Virus record (IMG/VR): IMGVR_UViG_3300048694_000840
Span: 1 to 53,360 of that record
Strand: one strand, 5' to 3'
Origin: a virus
Lineage: Duplodnaviria; Caudoviricetes
DNA length: 53,360 nt
Below, piece by piece: positions 9,193 to 18,971 of the stretch. Position numbers and translations under genes: made by a program. Within the stretch, counting starts at the first letter, position 1; each line of letters begins with the position of its first letter. A model generated the notes under the pieces. It did no database searches. It was given only the letters and a program-made list of their open reading frames with translations, and was not told the origin of the DNA.

Positions 9193-9528
9193 TCACAAAG
9201 CTGCCCATTTGGCAAACACATCCGTGGTAAGTTTGTCGGATGTTGTTGTTTTTTTGGTAACCATACCATACCAATCATCTTTAATCATTCTGGTAACATA
9301 TTCTCTTGGTTCAATCAATATACCTTCAAATTTATCCAAATCAATAACATTGAATTCCTCATCCATTCTGAAAAGAATAATTTCATACAAATCACCCAAT
9401 TCAGAACCACCAATCTTATCACCCATTTCTTTATATTTTGCTACTTCAATTTTTACTTGAGTTTCATCTTCTGCTGGAACAAAAAATATCGTATCGTATT
9501 CACCAGTCTTTTTGAAAATATCTAACAT
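9193..9528 (-). CDS. Hypothetical protein
   Basis: 111 aa ORF in operon. Confidence 0.65.
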   Translation of the reverse strand: MLDIFKKTGEYDTIFFVPAEDETQVKIEVAKYKEMGDKIGGSELGDLYEIILFRMDEEFNVIDLDKFEGILIEPREYVTRMIKDDWYGMVTKKTTTSDKLTTDVFAKWAAL

Positions 9529-9938
9529 TGTAACCCTTTAATGTGTGACTTTCTTACTCTTACCATAATCCAGGTATTGTAATAATCATCACTCTCCAAA
9601 ACACCATTTACGAATTGTTCTTTAGCTTCAAGATATCCACATTCACCTTTTGATTTACATAAATGTAGTATCTCTCGCTTGAACAAATCACGGCCGTGCA
9701 TTATAACATGTTTTTTCAATTCTTCATTACTACCATAGTAGGATTCCCAGTCTGATGAAACCTTTAAACGTTTCTTCTTACCTTTTACCTGTTTTGTTTT
9801 GGTGCTATAGAAAAATTTCTTGCCAATGTATTTTTTGCCATTTGCTAGATTGGTGATACAGTATACGAATCCGTAGTTGTCACCAATCATATCTTCGGTA
9901 AATTCTTGTTCTTTATATTTCCAATTCAGTTGTTCCAT
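9522..9938 (-). CDS. GIY-YIG endonuclease (endonuclease II/Seg-like)
   Basis: YGFVYCITNL...KYIGKK; YYGS; YYN. Confidence 0.8.
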   Translation of the reverse strand: MEQLNWKYKEQEFTEDMIGDNYGFVYCITNLANGKKYIGKKFFYSTKTKQVKGKKKRLKVSSDWESYYGSNEELKKHVIMHGRDLFKREILHLCKSKGECGYLEAKEQFVNGVLESDDYYNTWIMVRVRKSHIKGLQC

Positions 9939-10111
9939 TCTTCATCGTCCAAGTCATCGTCATCCTCTATATATTCGGATTCGGTTAACTCGTCTATGTG
10001 TTCACCACAAAACGGACAAATTTCTGGATATTCTTCTGAAACTAATTGTTCTTGGTAAGTAACATCATATGAAGATTCGCAGTTTGAGCACTCTGCTGTT
10101 ATTGTTTTCAT
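9926..10111 (-). CDS. Small Zn-ribbon protein
   Basis: CSNC...CPFCG plus acidic tail. Confidence 0.7.
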   Translation of the reverse strand: MKTITAECSNCESSYDVTYQEQLVSEEYPEICPFCGEHIDELTESEYIEDDDDLDDEEWNN

Positions 10112-10120
10112 TTTCTCTCC

Positions 10121-11107
10121 TTAATTGGCCCAAATGTCACCCCAATTTCCTGTCACGGCGCCTTTTGCATAATCGGTTGCACGATTCTCAAAGAAGTTGG
10201 TGTGTGTTGGTGCATTAATCATTTCTTCAACCCATGGAAGTGGATTTCTTTTAACTTTAAATATGCCTTTCATGCCAAGACCAATCAATCTGCGATCAGC
10301 AATATAACGAATGTACTTTTTGACTTCTTCGCTTGTCAAACCTTCCATTTCTGTTACACCGAAAGCCAAATCAATAAATTTATCTTCTAATGCAACCATC
10401 TTCTCGGCAATAGTGTATATAGATGATTTCAATTCATCAGTCCAAATTTCAGGATTCTCGTTGATATATGTTTTGAACAATTTCATCATATTTTCAGCGT
10501 GCATTGTTTCATCAACGATAGACCATGTAACAATTTGTCCCATGCCTTTCATTTTACCGTGGCGTGGGAAATTCAATAACATGATGAAAGATGAGAACAA
10601 CTGCATACCTTCAGTAAAAGCACTGAACACGGCGATATGGCGTGCAGTGTTCTCTTTTGTTCCATTTTTGCCAGCAATATCAAGAACATAATCGTGTTTG
10701 TCCTTCATTTCTTGATATGCCAAGAATTCGTTGTATGTTGTTTCTGGTAAACCAAGTGTTTCAATCAAATGTGAGTATGCAGCAATGTGTAGAGCTTCAC
10801 GTGCAGCGAAACCCATCAACATCATTCTTATTTCTGGTTGTGGAAAATAAGGAAGATAATTACGAACATAACCCCCAGCAACGTCAATATCACCTTGCGT
10901 AAAAAAGCGGAAGATATGCGTGAGAAATTGTTTTTCTTCATTCGATAGTTTCCTTTTCCAATCTTTTTCATCTTCTAACATAGGAACTTCCGTGTGAAGC
11001 CAATGTGATTGTTCGTGCTTCAACCACGCATCATAAGCCCATGGATAATTGAAAGGCTTAAATGAATTTCTATCATCAGTTAAGCGAGAATCGTTCTTCT
11101 TAACCAT
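10121..11107 (-). CDS. nrdB: Ribonucleotide reductase class Ia beta subunit
   Basis: FFTQGD, EALH, EGMQLFSSF, DETMH, NFFENRATDY; likely start MVKKND. Confidence 0.95.
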   Translation of the reverse strand: MVKKNDSRLTDDRNSFKPFNYPWAYDAWLKHEQSHWLHTEVPMLEDEKDWKRKLSNEEKQFLTHIFRFFTQGDIDVAGGYVRNYLPYFPQPEIRMMLMGFAAREALHIAAYSHLIETLGLPETTYNEFLAYQEMKDKHDYVLDIAGKNGTKENTARHIAVFSAFTEGMQLFSSFIMLLNFPRHGKMKGMGQIVTWSIVDETMHAENMMKLFKTYINENPEIWTDELKSSIYTIAEKMVALEDKFIDLAFGVTEMEGLTSEEVKKYIRYIADRRLIGLGMKGIFKVKRNPLPWVEEMINAPTHTNFFENRATDYAKGAVTGNWGDIWAN

Positions 11108-11351
11108 TGATCCATTCCTCCAACTCTTTAAGAGAACGAACACCACTAAATCTTTTAACTTCGGTGTTTCCATCTTTCATTATAAGAGTAGGTACGCTTC
11201 TAATTCCATAATCCATTGCGAGTTCTTGATGTACATCAATATCAACAACTTCAATTGGAATGCTGTGCATGTTATTAACTGATTCTAAATTTTTGGCCAA
11301 TACTTTACACGGTTGGCACCACGATGCGGTAAATCTTAATACTCGTTTCAT
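11100..11351 (-). CDS. Thioredoxin
   Basis: WCQPC active site, SVPT cis-Pro motif. Confidence 0.92.
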   Translation of the reverse strand: MKRVLRFTASWCQPCKVLAKNLESVNNMHSIPIEVVDIDVHQELAMDYGIRSVPTLIMKDGNTEVKRFSGVRSLKELEEWING

Positions 11352-12058
11352 TCTGATCCTTTTATTTTTAACAATCTTAAAAAACTAAAAATTTTTATAT
11401 ACATCCAACCAATATCAAACTCAAACCATTTCCTACTCAACTTTGGATTGGCAGGATCAAGGTGATGATTATTATGTAGTTCTTCTCCACCGATTATAAC
11501 ACCAATTGGGCTGATATTGCAACTCTTATCTTTGGTATCTCCATTTCGGTAACCAAACCAATGTCCAATTCCATTTATAACACCTGCGGCCCAAAATGGA
11601 ATCCATATCATTTGAATTAACCATATTAAAACGCCAATCCAATTCCAGATGGCAACGTTGAACATAAGGAGAATAATAATGCCAAGTCTAGATTGAGTAC
11701 TGTATACGTTTCGCTCAAACCAATCATCAGGAGTACCAACACCATAACTGTTAACCATTTGATAATCTTTTGATGCTTCATGGTACAATATTGCTCCTTT
11801 GAACAAAACTTTCCATATTCCAAAAACATGAGGACTGTGTGGATCACCTTTAATGTCACTATAACGATGATGTTTGCGGTGAATAGCGACCCATTGTTTG
11901 GTGACCATACCTGTTGTCAACCATAACCAAAAACGCATAAAGTGTTCTAGTATAGGATTGAAAGTCAAACCCTTATGTGCTTGACCACGATGTAAATACA
12001 CCGTAACACAAACGATTGTAATGTGTGTTGTTATTAATAAGTATATTAGTTCTGACAT
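11348..12058 (-). CDS. Delta-9-type acyl-lipid/acyl-CoA fatty acid desaturase
   Basis: Three His boxes HRGQAH, HRKHH, HNNHH; transmembrane helices; WFEFDIGW. Confidence 0.9.
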   Translation of the reverse strand: MSELIYLLITTHITIVCVTVYLHRGQAHKGLTFNPILEHFMRFWLWLTTGMVTKQWVAIHRKHHRYSDIKGDPHSPHVFGIWKVLFKGAILYHEASKDYQMVNSYGVGTPDDWFERNVYSTQSRLGIIILLMFNVAIWNWIGVLIWLIQMIWIPFWAAGVINGIGHWFGYRNGDTKDKSCNISPIGVIIGGEELHNNHHLDPANPKLSRKWFEFDIGWMYIKIFSFLRLLKIKGSE

Positions 12059-12059
12059 T

Positions 12060-13874
12060 TCAACCTTCACAGGCAATACAATCATTGCCTTGAGCGATTT
12101 GTGTCATATCCAATTCTTTAATCACTTCACGTTCAATTTTCTTAGAAACTTTATCGGCCTTAGCCAGCTTCTCACTACGGCAATAATAAAGAGTTTTTAA
12201 TCCTTTTTTCCATGCCATGAAATGAACGGCATGAATGTATTTGATATTACTATCTGGACGGAAGAACACATTCAACGATTGTGCCTGGTCAATATATTGT
12301 TGGCGATCAGAAGCATGTTCAATCACCCAACGTTGGTCAATTTCCATGGATGTTTTGAACACAGCCTTTGTATTTTCATCCATCCATTCTAGATGTTGAA
12401 CAGAACCATCGTTTGCAATAATGGATGACCAAATTTGTTGATACTCATCTTCACCCTTTGGTGTCAATGCGGAATCGTTTGGATCCAAATACTTCATGAT
12501 TGCTTTATCAAGGTATCTGTTCTTATTCAAAAATGAGCCAGATAACGTATCTTGACGATAAGCGTTAGCACGATAAGGTTCAATGCTAGGGCTAGTATTT
12601 CCCATAATGATAGACGAAGAAGCATTTGGAGCAATAGCCATAAGATGACTAAAACGTTTACCGTAGCCAACAGCATCTGGAGCTTCACCCCTAATTTTTC
12701 CAAGCACCAAGTTAGCATCGTCAAGTCCCTCTCTAATATGTTTGAACATTGAATTGTTTAATACTTTTGCCATCACTCCTTCGAAGGCCACATTTTTTCG
12801 CTGAAGATAAGCATGGAAACCCAAAGCGCCAATGCCAATAGAACGTTCACGCTCAGCAGAATACTTGGCACGAGCAATAGCGTCAGGAGCATTATCAATG
12901 AAATACTGTAGGACGTTATCAAGCATTTCTGCCACGTCCCGTAAAAAAATCGCATTATCTTTCCACTCATCATAATACTCCAAATTTAAAGATGATAAAC
13001 AACAAACAGCAGTTCTTTCTTCATTCGTTGGTAGAATAATTTCTGAACAAAGATTTGATTGATGAATTTTGAGTCCTTGGTCTTTTAACCATTGTGGCAT
13101 TTCACGATTGCTGGTATCTATAAAATGAATGTATGGTTCGCCTGTGTGCATACGCAAATCAAGCAACATCTGCCACAAAGTTTTGGCTGATACAGTTTCA
13201 CGGACTTCTCCTGAATTAGGATCAATTAATTGCCATGAATCATCAGCTTCTTTATCAATCATGCATCGTTCAATGATTTCCATAAATGCATCAGGAATAT
13301 TAACGCCATGGTGTAGATTCAGGCAACGCAGATTTGGATCGCCTGTCGGCTTCCTCATCTCAAGGAAGGGAATAATATCAGGATGGGAAATATCAAGATA
13401 GGCAGCGTAAGACCCACGGCGAGTGCGGCCTTGGCGATAAGCCAGACTAGATGCATCGTAAATTTTGAGGTGCGGCATAACACCAGTTGATTTATCATCC
13501 GCCGAGCGAATACCAAAACCAATCCCGACACCGCCACCAAGCATAGAAAGCCAATTAGTTTCACTAAGATTATCAACTAAACCCTCCGCTGTATCTTCAA
13601 TAAAATTTAAAAAACAAGAAATGGGCAAACCACGCTTGCTACGACCAAAAGAAAGAATCGGTGTGCTGTATGAAAGCCAATGTTGGCTTGCGTAATCATA
13701 TAGTCTTTGTGCATGTTGTTTATCTGTGGAAAATTGTTTAGAAACAAATGCGAATCTATGTTGTGGGCTTGTTTCATCCTCACGCATATAAGATTCTTTT
13801 AATCTTTTTATTCCAAGTTCATCAAATAATTTATCTCTTTCTAAATCAATCTTAATACCCAGATATTCTTCCAT
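12060..13874 (-). CDS. nrdA: Ribonucleotide reductase class Ia alpha subunit
   Basis: PISCF, QSNLCSEI, AIAPNASSS, DQAQSLN, KTLYY, C-terminal CIAC. Confidence 0.95.
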   Translation of the reverse strand: MEEYLGIKIDLERDKLFDELGIKRLKESYMREDETSPQHRFAFVSKQFSTDKQHAQRLYDYASQHWLSYSTPILSFGRSKRGLPISCFLNFIEDTAEGLVDNLSETNWLSMLGGGVGIGFGIRSADDKSTGVMPHLKIYDASSLAYRQGRTRRGSYAAYLDISHPDIIPFLEMRKPTGDPNLRCLNLHHGVNIPDAFMEIIERCMIDKEADDSWQLIDPNSGEVRETVSAKTLWQMLLDLRMHTGEPYIHFIDTSNREMPQWLKDQGLKIHQSNLCSEIILPTNEERTAVCCLSSLNLEYYDEWKDNAIFLRDVAEMLDNVLQYFIDNAPDAIARAKYSAERERSIGIGALGFHAYLQRKNVAFEGVMAKVLNNSMFKHIREGLDDANLVLGKIRGEAPDAVGYGKRFSHLMAIAPNASSSIIMGNTSPSIEPYRANAYRQDTLSGSFLNKNRYLDKAIMKYLDPNDSALTPKGEDEYQQIWSSIIANDGSVQHLEWMDENTKAVFKTSMEIDQRWVIEHASDRQQYIDQAQSLNVFFRPDSNIKYIHAVHFMAWKKGLKTLYYCRSEKLAKADKVSKKIEREVIKELDMTQIAQGNDCIACEG

Positions 13875-13881
13875 ATTCTCC

Positions 13882-14232
13882 TCATTTCTTTATAAATTCT
13901 TTTAGTTGTGGTGGAGTCCATCCATCAGGCTTCAACACTTTGCCATCTTTTCTTTTCTTTACTTTGCCTGTTTCTGGATCAATTTTTGAAATATTTGACC
14001 GAGCAACTTCATTCCATGCTCCTTCAACATCAAATTCTTTCATGTAACAATAACCAAGAATAACCCAAATTAAATCCATGCATCCGTCAAGTTGAGCTTC
14101 GTTGTCACTTTCAAGATAAGCCTTAATAAATTCATCAAATTCTTCACGAATTAGATTTTTATATAGTGTGATGTTTTTTTCGTTTATTTCTTGTTCACAC
14201 GCTTCAATAAATTTAATTACATCATTATTCAT
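13882..14232 (-). CDS. MazG-like / phosphoribosyl-ATP pyrophosphohydrolase-like protein
   Basis: LIREEFDE...LDGCMD...EVARSNISK...DGKVLKP. Confidence 0.8.
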   Translation of the reverse strand: MNNDVIKFIEACEQEINEKNITLYKNLIREEFDEFIKAYLESDNEAQLDGCMDLIWVILGYCYMKEFDVEGAWNEVARSNISKIDPETGKVKKRKDGKVLKPDGWTPPQLKEFIKK

Positions 14233-14905
14233 TTACAAATTCCTTAATCATTGGAAAAATAGGTTCAATAGCATCAGCACAAGCTAATGCAACCTCACGA
14301 TGTTCTTTCTGTGTTCCGTTTGCTGAACGGAGTTGTATATAGTGAACCCATGATCTCATTGTTCCGTTCATATACAATCTAGAACCCATAATGCCTTCAG
14401 GTAAAACAGCACGTGCTTGTTCTTTTGCAATTCCATTTTGAATAGCCCATGCATATTCTCTTTGTGCAGCATAAATCACTCTTTGTTGAGCACGATACCA
14501 TTCATTCTGTAATAGATTATCATCAACTTCAATACTATTCTGTCTGTTCTTTGTGTCCTGAAGTCTGGCTTCACGGGTTACGAAATCCAAGTCTTTTGTT
14601 GGATCTGCATAACGTTGACTAAATTCTTGGAAACTGAATGAACGGTGTCTCAAAATCTGTCTTGCAATATCACGTGTCGTTTCAATTTCCAAACAAACGG
14701 AAACCATCTCCAACGGAGACCAGTGCTGATTCTTAATCAAATATCGAACCAGTTTTTCTGATGTGTCCGTATTGTTTTGGTTGGAGGGATTCGAAACTCT
14801 GGCGCAGTATGCAATCTGATCCAAAATAGTTGTTTTTGCTGGTACTTTTACTCCCATAATATTTTCAACAGGGCTTTGTGAATAATTAATCAATTTTACT
14901 TTCAT
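14225..14905 (-). CDS. thyX: Flavin-dependent thymidylate synthase
   Basis: HWSPLE, RHRSFSFQEFSQRY ThyX motif. Confidence 0.95.
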   Translation of the reverse strand: MKVKLINYSQSPVENIMGVKVPAKTTILDQIAYCARVSNPSNQNNTDTSEKLVRYLIKNQHWSPLEMVSVCLEIETTRDIARQILRHRSFSFQEFSQRYADPTKDLDFVTREARLQDTKNRQNSIEVDDNLLQNEWYRAQQRVIYAAQREYAWAIQNGIAKEQARAVLPEGIMGSRLYMNGTMRSWVHYIQLRSANGTQKEHREVALACADAIEPIFPMIKEFVNE

Positions 14906-15924
14906 ACTTTTTTCCATTTAACAAATTCCATTTTCGCTCTCAAATTCTGAAAGGTATTTTTACTTATGATATCTTGAATTTCATCCGGTGAAAATCCCGA
15001 CAAAACCATTTCATTAATATCTTTTTCTTCAATCATTTCTGGCCAAATGACGATGTTATAGTGTTCTTCTATCGCCTGTTCCATTTGCCGGCAAATATCT
15101 TTGTTTCTTGGTTCGTTATCATAAACCAATACCAACAAAGACTTATCTATATGTTTAGAAGCACTACGTAAATTAGCATCTGCCGTGGCCACAGCATTGT
15201 TTAGAAAAAGTGAATCAATTGGTCCTTCTGTGACATAAACTTTATTTTCTTCATCGCTGATATCAACACGGTCGAGACCAAAAATTTTATAGTTATCGGC
15301 ATCTAATTTTACGGTGATATATCTGAGTTTAGATTCACCAAGAGCACGACCTTGAAATGCGACAAGATTCTTGTCGGCATCATAAAATGGTATCACTAAT
15401 CGTGGATCGTCCTCTTTCAGACCATCTTTTTCAATTTTCAAATCAATTTCAACGAACTGTTTAAAATCTTCGGCAAAATATAAATTTTGAAAATGCGTTT
15501 CTGGAATCTGCCGTTTGATGACATATTCTTTTGCAAAATGTTCATCTGGTAACGACTGAATGGACGGTAGATTGATTTTTTCCCGAAATTTAGGGACACT
15601 TTTGGCAATTTCAAAATCGGGTTTTTTATAGTTGTCACGGCCTGTTTCTCCATTCTTATATCGTTCAAGTGAATATTCTTTAAGTATTGTGGGATCAACT
15701 TTGTCTAGAAAATTATAAAAAGACATGGATGCACCACAGTTGTGGCACATGAAAAAGTAGTTGTTCTTTTTTTCGTAAACATAACCACGAGCTTTGGTTT
15801 TGTTTTTCGATGAATCGCCACAGATAGGGCACCTGAAGTTATACAGGTTTTCCTTTTTCTGTGTGAATTTGTGAAGCTTTGGGGATACCCTCAGCAAAAA
15901 GGTTCTATCAATAAAAACAGACAT
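14902..15924 (-). CDS. DNA primase (gp61)
   Basis: CPICGDS...CHNCG Zn finger; TOPRIM EGPIDS, DNEPRN, KDIN. Confidence 0.93.
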   Translation of the reverse strand: MSVFIDRTFLLRVSPKLHKFTQKKENLYNFRCPICGDSSKNKTKARGYVYEKKNNYFFMCHNCGASMSFYNFLDKVDPTILKEYSLERYKNGETGRDNYKKPDFEIAKSVPKFREKINLPSIQSLPDEHFAKEYVIKRQIPETHFQNLYFAEDFKQFVEIDLKIEKDGLKEDDPRLVIPFYDADKNLVAFQGRALGESKLRYITVKLDADNYKIFGLDRVDISDEENKVYVTEGPIDSLFLNNAVATADANLRSASKHIDKSLLVLVYDNEPRNKDICRQMEQAIEEHYNIVIWPEMIEEKDINEMVLSGFSPDEIQDIISKNTFQNLRAKMEFVKWKKV

Positions 15925-15954
15925 AACGAAAAATCAAAGTTTACAAGAAACTCA

Positions 15955-15983
15955 ATTATATACTAATTAATGTAAAAATGCAA
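15955..15983 (-). promoter_or_regulatory. Sigma70-type promoter for the primase operon
   Basis: TTGCAT-17 nt-TATAAT. Confidence 0.65.
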
Positions 15984-16272
15984 GCAGCTTGTCTAGGTGA
16001 CCCGAAAATATACCGGCCATGGCAACGGCACCGGCAACCATCCACATGGTTTTTTCTCGGATTTTTTCCAATTCACCAATCTTCTTGGCCATTTCGGCAT
16101 GTTGAGTACATGATGTTTCATACATTTTTTCAAGTTGATCTTTTAGTTCGTCACGTGTTCTATCCAAACAATCGTGCATGTCTTTAACATCAACTTTTAT
16201 GTCATCCAACTTTTCACTAAGATTTTCTACCTTAGTTTCAACAATACCTAATCTCTCTGTCGTAGTTGCCAT
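15967..16272 (-). CDS. Coiled-coil protein with C-terminal TM helix (lysis-associated, XhlA-like)
   Basis: Heptad-rich N-terminus, single C-terminal TM segment. Confidence 0.6.
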   Translation of the reverse strand: MATTTERLGIVETKVENLSEKLDDIKVDVKDMHDCLDRTRDELKDQLEKMYETSCTQHAEMAKKIGELEKIREKTMWMVAGAVAMAGIFSGHLDKLLAFLH

Positions 16273-16281
16273 TTTTAGTTC

Positions 16282-16491
16282 TTATTTCTTTGGAGGAATT
16301 TCAGTTCCTTCTAGTTTCTTATGCACTTTCATTTCTTTACAATTTTGTTTGACATTGCCTTTGGCATCTTTAACTGGTTTGCCATCTTTATCTTTAACAT
16401 CAACACAAACTTTTGTTTTTTCTGCTTCAGCATAAACAGAAACTGAACCGAATGCCATCGCAATGGCTAGAAATAATGCATACATTTTCAT
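16282..16491 (-). CDS. Small secreted protein with a Cys pair
   Basis: Signal peptide ending VYA; two Cys. Confidence 0.7.
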   Translation of the reverse strand: MKMYALFLAIAMAFGSVSVYAEAEKTKVCVDVKDKDGKPVKDAKGNVKQNCKEMKVHKKLEGTEIPPKK

Positions 16492-16724
16492 AGTAACCCC
16501 TTAGACTTTGTTTCTTTATTTATTGATGAAAATTTCTCCGAAGCAGTAAATCCTAAACCTGCAACAACAATATACATTAATGAATTAAATAATTCAGGAT
16601 TTACTTTATGTCCCATCGTGTCAGCAACAAAACCCCATGCACATAATACAAAAGCTAAAAATGTGATCACTCTTTTACTACTCACGGTTCCATTATGACT
16701 GTCGTTGAATAGTCCTGATAACAT
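16488..16724 (-). CDS. Two-TM holin-like membrane protein
   Basis: SSKRVITFLAF...GLGFTASEKF; lies in the lysis module. Confidence 0.6.
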   Translation of the reverse strand: MLSGLFNDSHNGTVSSKRVITFLAFVLCAWGFVADTMGHKVNPELFNSLMYIVVAGLGFTASEKFSSINKETKSKGLL

Positions 16725-17204
16725 TTAAATCTCCGGTTGTGGTGCAGGTGCTGGTGCAGGTTTACCACCAAAACCAGTTATTACTTGTGCAGTAACTAAA
16801 GGTGGTTGTTGCACTTGAGGTTGTGTGCTTGTTGCTGGTGCAAATACAGGTTCAATTTTTTGTGGTGGTGGAGGAGGTGCAGTCATTGCCTTCTTAGTTT
16901 CAGCAAAGTTGTCTTGTGCCATTTTCTGTGCGGCCAACATTGCTTCTTGATCCTCTTTCTTATTACCAGCCAACATGATACCAGACAAAGTACCTGTCAA
17001 GAATGTAGCAATAGGAATAATCAATTCAAAGAATTTTTGGTCAATTGGAGAAATTGCATTAAGTGGTTGAGTAACAAAGATGATTGAATACAAAACAACA
17101 AAAACAATTCCTGTTAGTGTCAATGCAAGACAGACACCGATAAAGAATTTAAGACGAGCCATTAACTGGTCTTCGGTATATAAAAATGGTGTATTATTTT
17201 CCAC
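16725..17204 (-). CDS. Two-TM membrane protein with Pro-rich tail (holin candidate)
   Basis: GTG start after AAGGAG; two TM helices. Confidence 0.65.
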   Translation of the reverse strand: MENNTPFLYTEDQLMARLKFFIGVCLALTLTGIVFVVLYSIIFVTQPLNAISPIDQKFFELIIPIATFLTGTLSGIMLAGNKKEDQEAMLAAQKMAQDNFAETKKAMTAPPPPPQKIEPVFAPATSTQPQVQQPPLVTAQVITGFGGKPAPAPAPQPEI

Positions 17205-17469
17205 AATTAACTCCTTGTGCTGGTGTTGCACTTGGTACAGGACCATTCACTCCATCTTTTGGTGGTCCCAATCTTGGATCACGTTGTCCTTTGAATACAT
17301 GTTCTGGACAAGTTCTAGTTACATCGCATTGGGGAAATTTGCAAATGTCTTTATCCCAATTATCTGGATCTTGGCAAGGATAACGAAACTTATCACCACC
17401 AAAGATAGCCAGACCAACAGGCAATGCAATTAAAATCAACAAATATTTAAATAATTTTAAGTCATGCAT
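17194..17469 (-). CDS. Membrane-anchored Cys-rich protein
   Basis: TM helix then FRYPCQDPDNW...C..P.C....TCPE. Confidence 0.7.
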   Translation of the reverse strand: MHDLKLFKYLLILIALPVGLAIFGGDKFRYPCQDPDNWDKDICKFPQCDVTRTCPEHVFKGQRDPRLGPPKDGVNGPVPSATPAQGVNCGK

Positions 17470-17470
17470 A

Positions 17471-18094
17471 TTATGCTCCTAAAACATGTAGAGCATGTTC
17501 ATAATGTTTAATTCTATCTTCAAGGCCGATTGTACCACCATTAATGCGTTTTGTCAAGGTAAGAATATCACCTTTATCAGCCCATTGATTTAGGTTGTTG
17601 GTTTCCCAGAACCAACATGCTGATTGTGCAGCACCTTCAAATGTGTGCATATATTCTGCGGCTTCTTCTACGGAAATACCGAGTGAACCGGCAAAGAATG
17701 TATAGTTGTCTTTACCTGTCAATTGTATTAATCCACGTCCTTTGTATTTGAAACCATCACCAGATTCTTCTGGTCCGTTACCCATACGACTAGCGTAGAT
17801 GCGGTTTGCAATTGCTTCTTGTTTGTTTGGTTTTGATGCGTATTGATTTGCCAATTCATCTGTAGGAAAATATTTGGCAAACAGTTTACGTAACGTTGCT
17901 GGCTTGTAGTTTAGGTTTTCTTCTAATGCGGTGAATCCACCAGATTCATGTGAACATTGTGCTATGAAAGCGGCAATACGTTTTGCTGTATTGATTTCGT
18001 AATCGGGTAACAACTGTGATAATGCATTGTACCAATAATCAAGATATGGATTTTTTGGTAGTAATTGTTTCAGTTGATCTTTGGTGAGTTCCAT
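17471..18094 (-). CDS. Endolysin, glycoside hydrolase family 19
   Basis: AFIAQCSHESG, YKGRGLIQLTG..NY, TKRINGG. Confidence 0.92.
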   Translation of the reverse strand: MELTKDQLKQLLPKNPYLDYWYNALSQLLPDYEINTAKRIAAFIAQCSHESGGFTALEENLNYKPATLRKLFAKYFPTDELANQYASKPNKQEAIANRIYASRMGNGPEESGDGFKYKGRGLIQLTGKDNYTFFAGSLGISVEEAAEYMHTFEGAAQSACWFWETNNLNQWADKGDILTLTKRINGGTIGLEDRIKHYEHALHVLGA

Positions 18095-18357
18095 TATTTC
18101 ACACTTTCAAATATATTTTTTTGAATTTTATACCATTCAATCATAACATCATGTTTCACAGCACATTCATAATAAGTGGAATAATTAACTGTTACAGTTT
18201 TTGCAACATCACTCAATTTTGTTTCATCATTTAATTTTTGTAGATTAGGACAAGATTCCAATAACTTGTTTGGAATATCGGGAAATTTTGCGGTGACAGG
18301 TACTGTTGTTGAACAACCACAAAGTAACAATAAAGAAATCAATAATATTTTTTTCAT
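18094..18357 (-). CDS. o-spanin (Rz1-like lipoprotein)
   Basis: Lipobox LCGC; lies between the i-spanin and endolysin. Confidence 0.75.
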   Translation of the reverse strand: MKKILLISLLLLCGCSTTVPVTAKFPDIPNKLLESCPNLQKLNDETKLSDVAKTVTVNYSTYYECAVKHDVMIEWYKIQKNIFESVK

Positions 18358-18788
18358 TTTTGTGGTTCCGCTGCATCATTATGTGCTTTAACAAATTCTT
18401 TAGGTATCACACAGGTGTTATCATATTTAACAACCTCTCTGTCGATGTATTTAACACCTGCATCGGTCCTATCTCTAATGACTTGAATTTTAGTTACAAC
18501 TTTTTCCACAATCTTAACATTTTCTTCAGCAGACTTGGCCTGCGCTTCTGCAACTTTGGCTTCCATTTCTTTCACTCTTGCAATCCATGCTTCTTCATTG
18601 TATATTGCACCAGACATGAAAACACCAAAAACAATAAGAGCAATAGATACCAACTGAATTGGTGTCTTGTACATATAAATTGCGGGAATTGGAATATATT
18701 TGAGTAGGTATGTGGCTGCGTATCCTATTACACCTATGAATAGGATGCCATAAAAAATCCAATCAGGTAACCATTTTAATATCCACAT
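18354..18788 (-). CDS. i-spanin (Rz-like)
   Basis: N-terminal TM segments, periplasmic coiled coil, C-terminal Cys. Confidence 0.72.
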   Translation of the reverse strand: MWILKWLPDWIFYGILFIGVIGYAATYLLKYIPIPAIYMYKTPIQLVSIALIVFGVFMSGAIYNEEAWIARVKEMEAKVAEAQAKSAEENVKIVEKVVTKIQVIRDRTDAGVKYIDREVVKYDNTCVIPKEFVKAHNDAAEPQK

Positions 18789-18971
18789 TTACATTTTTGG
18801 CGGTTTTCTTCTAGCCAACCTCGTTATTATAGGATTTCTTTTTTTACTAACACCAGGTTCTCTCTGTGATGCTGGTAATCTAGAGTCACCAGAACCTGCA
18901 ACGGCGGCAACGGTCATTCCGCCACCAACTGCACCACCATCTTCAACAAAGAACTGTTTGAACGATTTCAT
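18789..18971 (-). CDS. Small hypothetical (virion internal-type) protein
   Basis: MKSFKQFFVE N-terminus typical of T4-like capsid-targeted proteins. Confidence 0.6.
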   Translation of the reverse strand: MKSFKQFFVEDGGAVGGGMTVAAVAGSGDSRLPASQREPGVSKKRNPIITRLARRKPPKM

